Of a stretch of 64,000 nucleotides of DNA, positions 56,655-64,000 are shown one piece after another. The position numbers were made by a program, and so were the translations under genes. Origin of the DNA: Candidatus Enterousia sp. GTDB lineage: Bacteria > Pseudomonadota > Alphaproteobacteria > Rs-D84. Numbering within the stretch: the stretch's first letter is position 1; each line of letters begins with the position of its first letter. Below the pieces are notes generated by a model, which ran no database searches, was not told the DNA's origin, and saw nothing but the letters and a program-made list of their open reading frames with translations. The DNA is taken from assembly GCA_045114635.1 (NCBI GenBank), contig JBGUKY010000017.1, positions 4,687-68,686 of the forward strand. Direction: 5' to 3'.

Positions 56655-57713
56655 ATGAAGTATAAACTGCCTATATTTTTTGGGATATTCTGTTTTTGTA
56701 TAACAAACGCATCTTTTGCTAACAAAGGCGCTTTTGACTTGGAAAGATGGGACAGCGTTATAGAAAACATTCGCACAAAAGCAACAGAACAAAAAATAAG
56801 CCAATCTGTAATTGATGAAACACTTAAATCGCCATCGATTATTCCGGGAATAATAAAATCAGATAAAAACCAATCTGAATTCACACTAACACTTGAAGAA
56901 TATTTGAATCGCACAGTAAGCCCATCAAGAATAAAAAACGGACGTCAAAAGGCAGCCGAATATCCAACACTTCTGGGACGTGTCGAAGCAAAATATGGCA
57001 TACCAAGAAATGTTATATTGGCCTTTTGGGGAATGGAATCTAATTATGGCGCTGTGAAATCTAAACACCAACTAACAAATGCTTTTTTAACATTGATTTA
57101 TGATGGTCGTCGCGAGGAATTTTTTACAAAACAATTACTTAGTTTAATGAAAATCGCAGATAAAAATAAGCTGGCTATCAATTCCATTTATGGTTCATGG
57201 GCTGGTGCAATGGGACACTTTCAATTTATACCCACAACTTTAAGCCAATACGGTGTTGATGGAAATAACGACAAGCGCATAGATATTATACACAGCGTTG
57301 GCGATGCGATGTACAGTGCTGGTAACTACTTAAACAAACTGGGGTGGAATAAAAAAGAACCAATTATTTATCACGTTACTTTGCCAAGTGATTTTGACAG
57401 AAGCCTCCTTAATGGAGATGTGAAAAAATCATTCACAGAATGGTCAAAAATGGGTGTCATGAAAAAAGATGGAACAGCATTACCACAAACAGACGTTGTC
57501 GTTGGTTTAATAGCCGACACAAAAGAAATTGCAAAGCAAGATTTATATCAACCTCAACATCTTGATTCATCAGAAACACTTGATACAGATGTTGCACCAA
57601 CACCAGTTATAAAAGCGTATTTAACATACCCTAATTTTTATAGAATAAAAAAGTGGAATAATTCATCTTGGTATGCAATCGCAATAGGCGAATTGTCTGA
57701 AAAATTAAAATAA
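56655..57713 (+). CDS. Lytic murein transglycosylase (MltB family)
   Basis: ILAFWGMESNYG (catalytic Glu) and GSWAGAMGHFQFIPTT. ATG at 56655 with an AAGGG RBS. Confidence 0.85.
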   Translation: MKYKLPIFFGIFCFCITNASFANKGAFDLERWDSVIENIRTKATEQKISQSVIDETLKSPSIIPGIIKSDKNQSEFTLTLEEYLNRTVSPSRIKNGRQKAAEYPTLLGRVEAKYGIPRNVILAFWGMESNYGAVKSKHQLTNAFLTLIYDGRREEFFTKQLLSLMKIADKNKLAINSIYGSWAGAMGHFQFIPTTLSQYGVDGNNDKRIDIIHSVGDAMYSAGNYLNKLGWNKKEPIIYHVTLPSDFDRSLLNGDVKKSFTEWSKMGVMKKDGTALPQTDVVVGLIADTKEIAKQDLYQPQHLDSSETLDTDVAPTPVIKAYLTYPNFYRIKKWNNSSWYAIAIGELSEKLK

Positions 57714-57824
57714 AAAAATCTCTTATATATCAAAAAAAATAAAAGTCCAGCAAAAATAAAAAACATTGCTTATGAAGCTTTTCTTTGGTACTATTTAGGG
57801 TGTACATATTAAAGGGAATATATT

Positions 57825-58784
57825 ATGGCTATAAAAGTTCGTGATTACGAAGTTCGTTTAACCCGCACAAAAGAAGAACGCAGACAGGTACGTCAGTTGC
57901 GATATGAAGTGTTTTGCTTGGAAGAAAATGCATCTGCAACTGAAGAACAAAAAAATCTTGGTGAAGAATACGATTCTTATGACACATATGCTGATTATAT
58001 GGCAGTGTTTCACAATAATAAAATTGTTGGAACATATCGTATTATCGATCGCGAAGCGGCTGAAAAAATGGGCGGTTTTTACACAGAAAGCGAATATAAT
58101 TTATCAAAAATCAAACGCGTAAATGGAAATATTGCAGAAATGTCACGCGCATGCGTTAACGCAGAATATCGCGAAAACGGTCTTGTTATGCGTTTGCTTT
58201 GGGCTGGACTTTGTGAATATGTTGTAAAACGCAAAGTTGTAATTTTATTTGGTGTCCCTTCTTTTGTTGGAACAAATCCTGCAATGTCTGCCCAGGCGAT
58301 ATCTTATTTGTACTATAATTGTTTATCCCCTCTTAATTTACGTGCAACAGTGTTAAAAGAAAATCTTGATCCAAGTGTTGATCCACGTATGACACAGATG
58401 AATATTTTACCACGCGCATTTGTTGATGAAGATGAAGCAAGAAAACAAATGACACCTTTGATCAAGGGCTATTTGCGTCTTGGCGCAACATTTGGTCGCG
58501 GTGTCTTTATTGATAAACCTTTTGGAACATATGATGTGTTTGTGATGTTACAAACAAAAAATATTGATAAAACATATCAAAAACATTTTACAGGTTCTGA
58601 AAACGCATTTGATGATTTGGAAATCAAAGAAGGTCCATTACACATACTTGGTAAAATCATCATGTCTCCTATTACCGGAACAGCCAAGGCTATTCGTTCA
58701 TTTGCTGAATTGTTTATGCGCGAAGATGCGGATGATATCGAATACATTGATAAAGAAAACGAAGAAGAAACCGGGGAAAAATAA
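57825..58784 (+). CDS. GNAT-type lipid N-acyltransferase, OlsB-like (ornithine lipid synthesis)
   Basis: RQLRYEVFCLEE..YDSYDTYADYMAVFHNNKIVGTYRI fits the OlsB/hemolysin-like acyltransferase pattern. Followed by an acyltransferase gene. Confidence 0.65.
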   Translation: MAIKVRDYEVRLTRTKEERRQVRQLRYEVFCLEENASATEEQKNLGEEYDSYDTYADYMAVFHNNKIVGTYRIIDREAAEKMGGFYTESEYNLSKIKRVNGNIAEMSRACVNAEYRENGLVMRLLWAGLCEYVVKRKVVILFGVPSFVGTNPAMSAQAISYLYYNCLSPLNLRATVLKENLDPSVDPRMTQMNILPRAFVDEDEARKQMTPLIKGYLRLGATFGRGVFIDKPFGTYDVFVMLQTKNIDKTYQKHFTGSENAFDDLEIKEGPLHILGKIIMSPITGTAKAIRSFAELFMREDADDIEYIDKENEEETGEK

Positions 58785-58787
58785 CAA

Positions 58788-59597
58788 ATGAAAATTCGCA
58801 AACAGAATATTTTTAATACAACATGGGCTTTAGTTAGATTCATTGCAGGCTGGTTGTTTGTATTTTCTGGCGCAATTGTTCTTTGTTTTATTCCAAAGGG
58901 AAAAATGTCTGTCAAATACATGCAATCTTTCATGCGTCGATTTAATTGGTTTATGGGGGTCCGTTATAAAGTAAAAGGAAAATTATCATCAAAACGTCCT
59001 TTGCTTTGTGTTTGTAATCACATTTCTGTTTTTGAATTATCAACAATATCTGCTGCGTTGGGCGCTTCTTTCTTTGGCAAAAAAGAAGTTGAATCTTGGG
59101 CATTGATTGGATGGATGGCAAAAAAATTCGGTGTTATATTTATTGATCGTCGCCCATCACACGCTGTTGAAGCACTAACAGCAATAAAAAATGAACTAGA
59201 TAATGTTGACCATCCTATGTTCATTTTTCCAGAAGGCACATCAACAAATGGCGCATATGTAAAACAATTTAAAAGTTCGCTTTTTGATGTGATTGAAAAA
59301 ACTGGCGCAACAGTACAACCTGTGGTTATTCATTATCGCTTGAAAGACGGAACAAAAATAAACGATGAAGATTTGGCAAACCATTTTGCTTATTTTTCCA
59401 ACAGCAAAATGGATTGTGGCCCATACTGTAAAATTGAACGCAATGCATTTATGCAAGTATTCCACGTAATGGTATTGGGTGGCTTTTTGGTAGAAATTGA
59501 AATCTTACCAGTTCCCGATTTGTCGGGTATGGACAGAAAACAAATGGCAGAAACCCTGCATAAAATAGTTTCAGATAAATATATGGCAAACAAATAA
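58788..59597 (+). CDS. Lysophospholipid/lyso-ornithine-lipid acyltransferase (PlsC/OlsA-like)
   Basis: N-terminal TM segment. CNHISVFE (HX4D/E-like box) and FPEGTSTNG. Confidence 0.65.
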   Translation: MKIRKQNIFNTTWALVRFIAGWLFVFSGAIVLCFIPKGKMSVKYMQSFMRRFNWFMGVRYKVKGKLSSKRPLLCVCNHISVFELSTISAALGASFFGKKEVESWALIGWMAKKFGVIFIDRRPSHAVEALTAIKNELDNVDHPMFIFPEGTSTNGAYVKQFKSSLFDVIEKTGATVQPVVIHYRLKDGTKINDEDLANHFAYFSNSKMDCGPYCKIERNAFMQVFHVMVLGGFLVEIEILPVPDLSGMDRKQMAETLHKIVSDKYMANK

Positions 59598-59620
59598 AAA
59601 ACATAGAGTGGTAACAAAAA

Positions 59621-60901
59621 ATGAAAATAGAAAATTTATGTGTTAGCAGATTATACGGTGATGTTGCTGGTGCAGCTACACGTGGTCATAAAATTGCAGT
59701 AAAAGGTGGATACGTATATCAAACATTCCAAGGTGGATATACACTTACACCATTGGGATGGAGTGTTGTTCGCAAAATTGAAAATATAATTCGTGAAGAA
59801 ATGAATGCTATTGATGGGCAAGAATTATTATTACCTGTGGTATGTAGTGCAGATTTATGGAAAGAAACTGGTCGATATGATTCCATGGATAACATTGCTA
59901 AATTCAAAGGTAGATCTGGTGCAGATTATGTTATATGCCCAACACACGAAGAAGTCATTACAGATTATGCACGTTCTGTTATTACCTCATATCGTCAATT
60001 GCCTTTTATGCTTTATCAAATTCAAACTAAATATCGCGATGAATTGCGTGTTCGCGCAGGGTTGATTCGTACACGTGAATTTATTATGAAAGACGCTTAT
60101 TCTTTCCACGAAACTCAGGAAGATTTGGAAAAATACTACAAACGTTGTTTTGATGCATATTACAGAATCTTCAAAAGATGTGGTTTGAAAAACGTAACAG
60201 ATGTTATGTCTTCTACTGGCGATATGGGTGGTAAAGTTGCACATGAATTTCAATTGATAAATGAAATGGGTGAAGATACTTTATACATCTGTGATTGTGG
60301 TTTCCGTGCAAATAAAGAATTGGAAGAAACAGATTCTACAGTATGTCCAAAATGCGGGAAACAATTAAATAAAGTTCGTGGTATAGAAATTGGTAATATT
60401 TTCCAATTGGGTAAAAAATATACAGATTCTATGCATATGACCTACACAGCTCAAGACGGTAGTGAAAAAACACCTATTATGGGTTGTTATGGTATTGGTG
60501 TCGGCCGTACAATGGCTGCTATCATCGAAGAAAGCGCTGATGATAACGGACCTGTTTGGAATATGGAAACAGCGCCTTTTGCTGTTGAAGTAATTGGTTT
60601 ACCAGACAAAGAAAATAAAACCTTACCTTTGGCAGAAAAAATCTATAATGATTTGAAAAATGCCGGTATCGAAGTTTTGTTGGACGCACGCGATAATCGC
60701 GCTGGCGAAAAATTCGCAGATGCAGATTTAATCGCTGCCCCAATACGTTTAATTGTATCACAAAAGAATTTGGCAAATAATCAAATAGAAGTAAAATATC
60801 GTGTAAATGATTACGATACATCTGATTTACCAAATACAATAGATATAAATAATTACATGGATACTATTAAGAATCTGATTACTAAAATGTTACACAAATA
60901 A
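59621..60901 (+). CDS. proS: Proline--tRNA ligase, short form without INS editing domain
   Basis: CPTHEEVIT and YQIQTKYRDELRVRAGLIRTREFIMKDAYSF (motif 2). GIEIGNIFQLGKKYT follows directly after a 26-aa CxC..CxxC insert. Confidence 0.92.
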   Translation: MKIENLCVSRLYGDVAGAATRGHKIAVKGGYVYQTFQGGYTLTPLGWSVVRKIENIIREEMNAIDGQELLLPVVCSADLWKETGRYDSMDNIAKFKGRSGADYVICPTHEEVITDYARSVITSYRQLPFMLYQIQTKYRDELRVRAGLIRTREFIMKDAYSFHETQEDLEKYYKRCFDAYYRIFKRCGLKNVTDVMSSTGDMGGKVAHEFQLINEMGEDTLYICDCGFRANKELEETDSTVCPKCGKQLNKVRGIEIGNIFQLGKKYTDSMHMTYTAQDGSEKTPIMGCYGIGVGRTMAAIIEESADDNGPVWNMETAPFAVEVIGLPDKENKTLPLAEKIYNDLKNAGIEVLLDARDNRAGEKFADADLIAAPIRLIVSQKNLANNQIEVKYRVNDYDTSDLPNTIDINNYMDTIKNLITKMLHK

Positions 60902-60926
60902 AAAACGGGCATTGCCCGTTTTTTAT
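60901..60926. terminator. Bidirectional terminator
   Basis: ACGGGC-ATT-GCCCGT followed by TTTTT. Confidence 0.6.
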
Positions 60927-61672
60927 TTGCACGCCATAATTATATTTTGCATCAATGCGTATTCATTGGCACTGCGTGAATTTAATATAACTGTATTTTT
61001 TGCACCGATTAAAAAACCAACTGCATACCAATCATTACTTAATACAGTCAAAGATTTTAATATTGCATTCCCTGTATTGATATTATCAACAACTATTATA
61101 TCTGCAATATCACCAAATATATGTTTTTCAATTCTGACATTCAAATCCAGCGCAACATCCAATTGTTCAATTCGCACAGTATGTGTTGGAAAATTATTTA
61201 CATTAGATTCATACCAAGAATGTAACAAAGGTGATATTTTTGTATTCGTATCACCACCCGCTGATATCAAAGATATATATGGTTCACGTGTATTATCTAA
61301 CACTTTAGCAAATAACAATACTGCATTGTTAACAATATGTGTTAATTGATTTTCATCTGGTGTTGGAATACATGCTGCATCAGTTAAAACAAAAGGTTTA
61401 TGTTGACCAGATTTATCATACATAATAAAACAATGTGTTAAATAAAACTTTTCTCCATTTAATAATCTTTTATTTATAGCGATTACTCTACGTAAGAAAT
61501 TATCAGAATGAATATCACATTTCATCAAAATAAAGTCATCATTTGTATTTGGTAATTCATCACCTTCTGGTGCTTGTTCATAACCAGCAATATTTGAACA
61601 TTCGCGCATAGCGTTTTCGATTGCGTTTTTGTATTTATCGCTAACGTTTCCAAAACATAGTATTTTTTTCAT
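60923..61672 (-). CDS. Phosphate acetyl/butyryl-transferase family (PTA_PTB) protein, short and divergent
   Basis: GDIADIIVVDNINTGNAILKSL...GAKNTVILNSRS matches the C-terminal PTA_PTB pattern. Start at MKKILCFG preferred. Confidence 0.5.
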   Translation of the reverse strand: MKKILCFGNVSDKYKNAIENAMRECSNIAGYEQAPEGDELPNTNDDFILMKCDIHSDNFLRRVIAINKRLLNGEKFYLTHCFIMYDKSGQHKPFVLTDAACIPTPDENQLTHIVNNAVLLFAKVLDNTREPYISLISAGGDTNTKISPLLHSWYESNVNNFPTHTVRIEQLDVALDLNVRIEKHIFGDIADIIVVDNINTGNAILKSLTVLSNDWYAVGFLIGAKNTVILNSRSANEYALMQNIIMACK

Positions 61673-61764
61673 ATTCCTAACCTTTGTGGGCATATTAAAA
61701 AATATAAATATTTTTATCAAATACTTTTTATGGTATAATGTTTATGTTAAAAATGGAGAGATTT

Positions 61765-62694
61765 ATGAAGATAGCAATTATTGGTGTTGGTTCTGTTGGT
61801 TCGGCTGTTGCGACAGCAGTTCAAAACACAGGACTTGCCCACGAAATAGTTTTGTTTGATCGTGACGGTGTTCGTGCGCGCGCCGCCGCAGAAGATTTGG
61901 GACACGCCGGGGCGTTTTCTTATGATATAAAAATCACAGCGGTAAGCACATACCGCGCTATTCGTGGAAGTGATATCGTTATTATTGCTGCCGGCGCAAA
62001 TCAAAAACCAGGCGAAACACGCACAGACTTATTACATAAAAATGCGGCCGTTATCGAAGATATTGTTCCACGCGTTATGGCAAACGTTGATGCGAAAAAA
62101 GTAAAAATTATTGTTGTCACAAATCCTTTGGACGTAATGGTTATGTTGGCACAAAAATTATCTAAATTACCAGCATCACGCGTCATAGGTACAGGCACAA
62201 TGTTAGATTCTGCACGTTTACGTGTTATATTGTCACGACACCTTGGCGTATCAACACGTTCTATCAACGCATATGTATTGGGTGAACATGGTGATTCTTC
62301 GGTGGTAAATTGGGAATCAGCATCTGTTGGTGCTATCGCACTGGATGATTTTTGCAAACAAACAAAAACAACCTTGCCCCAAACCACACGCAAAACAATT
62401 GAACATCGTGTTCGCGGTGCAGCATATGAAATCATTCGTGGCCGCGGTGCAACTTGGGACGGCATTGGCGCCGCTGTTGCAGATTTGTTGCATGCGATAA
62501 TTAACGATGAAAAACGTATATTAACTACATCGATTGTTGATGGCGTTGGTAAAAGTGCGCTTGCTATGTCTATGCCGCGCATTGTTGGTGAAAACGGTGT
62601 TGAAAAAAGCCTTCATACAAAATTAGGCAAAGACGAAGCATTAGCACTTCGCAAAAGCGCAAAAATCATACGCAAAAACTTTGATATGATTTAA
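61765..62694 (+). CDS. ldh: L-lactate dehydrogenase
   Basis: IIGVGSVGSA, GANQKPGETRTDLL (Gln rather than Arg at the specificity position, which favours LDH over MDH), VVTNPLDVM and GEHGDS. ATG at 61765 with a GGAGAG RBS. Confidence 0.85.
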   Translation: MKIAIIGVGSVGSAVATAVQNTGLAHEIVLFDRDGVRARAAAEDLGHAGAFSYDIKITAVSTYRAIRGSDIVIIAAGANQKPGETRTDLLHKNAAVIEDIVPRVMANVDAKKVKIIVVTNPLDVMVMLAQKLSKLPASRVIGTGTMLDSARLRVILSRHLGVSTRSINAYVLGEHGDSSVVNWESASVGAIALDDFCKQTKTTLPQTTRKTIEHRVRGAAYEIIRGRGATWDGIGAAVADLLHAIINDEKRILTTSIVDGVGKSALAMSMPRIVGENGVEKSLHTKLGKDEALALRKSAKIIRKNFDMI

Positions 62695-62763
62695 AGAAAT
62701 CAATCTTATAGTCTTTCAAATATCCCGTGTTATATTCTGTATTAGAACACACGGGATTTTTTG

Positions 62764-63069
62764 ATGGATAAAAAAGATTTAACTTTTCAAATTGGCGATA
62801 ACGGCTGTCGAATATATGCGATTTGTAACGGGAAAAGAATTGGCAATATATTTTTTGTTCGTGTTGGAAATGATAAAATAATGATAAGCGAAGCAGAAAT
62901 AGACCCATCATATCAAACCAAAGACATTGAATTATACCTTGTTCAAGAAATTATAAACATTGCGCGCGAACAACACCGCAAAGTTATGTCTATATGTCCA
63001 TATATCTCAAAAATATTTTTCGAACATCCAGAATTTGACGATGTCCGCATGTTAAATAAAGGCCGATAA
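62764..63069 (+). CDS. Small GNAT-like protein (YjdJ/Acetyltransf_CG type)
   Basis: ~100 aa ending in MSICPYISKIFFEHPEFDDV, which is characteristic of this family. Confidence 0.6.
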   Translation: MDKKDLTFQIGDNGCRIYAICNGKRIGNIFFVRVGNDKIMISEAEIDPSYQTKDIELYLVQEIINIAREQHRKVMSICPYISKIFFEHPEFDDVRMLNKGR

Positions 63070-63075
63070 AAAAGT

Positions 63076-63099
63076 CCGCCACAGTATAATCTGTGGCGG
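63076..63099. terminator. Stem-loop between convergent genes
   Basis: CCGCCACAG-TATAAT-CTGTGGCGG. Confidence 0.5.
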
Positions 63100-63131
63100 G
63101 GCTCCCTTCCTTCCGATAAACGGAAACTGTT

Positions 63132-63461
63132 TTAGGCTGCTTTACGGTGACTTTCTTCAACTTCGCCAGCATCCATAATTTTCTTTGCTTCTGCAAAAAC
63201 CATTTCTTTGACACGCAGTGCCAAATCTGGTGTTTCCAAAGTTTCAGCAGCAACATCAAAATTGTCTGTTCTGATTTGTAATGAAACATAAGCACCAATC
63301 AAAGCAGCACGAGACAAATCTTCGATTGAACGTGGCGCATTGTTTTTACCGATATGCAATTCATCACTTAAAGACACAATTTGACGGTCCCCATTAACCC
63401 ATACTGTTGTGGTCAATACTTTGTTAAGGGCAATCATTATTTCTTTAATATTTTTTGGCAT
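63132..63461 (-). CDS. Hypothetical protein
   Basis: ORF. No motif recognised. Confidence 0.4.
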   Translation of the reverse strand: MPKNIKEIMIALNKVLTTTVWVNGDRQIVSLSDELHIGKNNAPRSIEDLSRAALIGAYVSLQIRTDNFDVAAETLETPDLALRVKEMVFAEAKKIMDAGEVEESHRKAA

Positions 63462-63816
63462 GTGGTTATCCCCCCTTTCATATTGTTTTTTTGCAAAAAA
63501 GTAAAATTTTTTGTATTTACCTATGTATTTACAAATTATTATTTTTACTTTTTGTTATTTTTTGTTTTTTCCCAGATTTCTAGTTTTTTCTAGATTTCCG
63601 GGGGTTTTATTTGTCTTTTCCCTTGTCTATACAAACATCTTAAAACAAAAACGATTCGCAGGTCAAGCATAAAAATGAATATTTTTTAATTTTTTTTCGT
63701 CCGGTTTAAAAACAAGCACTTTATATGACAAAAAAATTCTTAATAAAAATGTTTTTTATGCTTGTGAAAAAGTCTGGTTTATGATAAAATTGTTCAATAA
63801 GGAAGGATGTTTACAC

Positions 63817-64000
63817 ATGAAAAGATTTATAACTGTATTAAGTAGTTTGTTGGTTTTGCCAGCTTTTGCAGAGGTTGCACCGGTTTATTACGAAGAAAAT
63901 GTCGAATACACCGATGACATGCTTGGTGGCGAAGAAATTGCTGCCGAAGAAGCACAAAACGTCGTTCAACAAAAAAGTGTCGCACAACGTAACACGATTA
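63817..64000 (+). CDS. Partial ORF for a secreted protein (runs off the window)
   Basis: ATG at 63817 with an AAGGAAGGA RBS. MKRFITVLSSLLVLPAFA signal peptide. Open to the window end. Confidence 0.4.
   Translation, partial: MKRFITVLSSLLVLPAFAEVAPVYYEENVEYTDDMLGGEEIAAEEAQNVVQQKSVAQRNTI

Overview
This is an AT-rich chromosomal segment from a Gram-negative bacterium. Fermentative or anaerobic metabolism is suggested by nrdDG, ppdK, ldh and a ferredoxin. A short ProRS, olsBA-like genes, an IHF-like protein and a DUF5681/DUF2924 phage module hint at an alphaproteobacterium-like lineage, but this is inference only. Housekeeping genes I recognise are rpmB, nrdD/nrdG, ppdK, an msbA-like ABC exporter, lgt, glyQS, proS, ldh, a U32 peptidase, an M13 peptidase, hemW, mltB, cvpA, an IHF/HU protein and four tRNAs (Leu-CAA, Ser-UGA, Thr-UGU, Arg-CCU). 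The main feature is a ~17.6 kb integrated element in the 3' end of tRNA-Ser, bounded by 20-bp direct repeats at 14924-14943 and 32548-32567. It carries a complete diversity-generating retroelement (DGR). The DGR consists of a secreted target gene (21239-22537) with a 150-bp GC-rich variable repeat (VR, 22176-22325), a template repeat (TR, 24087-24236) that differs from the VR at 15 internal positions, all TR adenines, plus one non-adenine mismatch at the 3' edge, a small non-Avd-like ORF, and a DGR-type reverse transcriptase (24811-25842). The same element encodes a TIR-domain protein, a large serine recombinase with a DUF2924 partner, GT2 and GT8 glycosyltransferases, a phage terminase/ParB-methylase remnant and two ATPases. 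Other points worth a second look are a class III ribonucleotide reductase whose glycyl-radical segment sits on a separate 59-aa ORF, an (AC)16 microsatellite and terminator-containing leader upstream of the DGR target, and a chromosomal cluster of paralogous secreted fibre-like proteins related to DGR-locus genes. There are also several repeated non-coding motifs. No CRISPR array or rRNA was seen. All calls rest on reading the translations and the DNA by eye; no database search was run.
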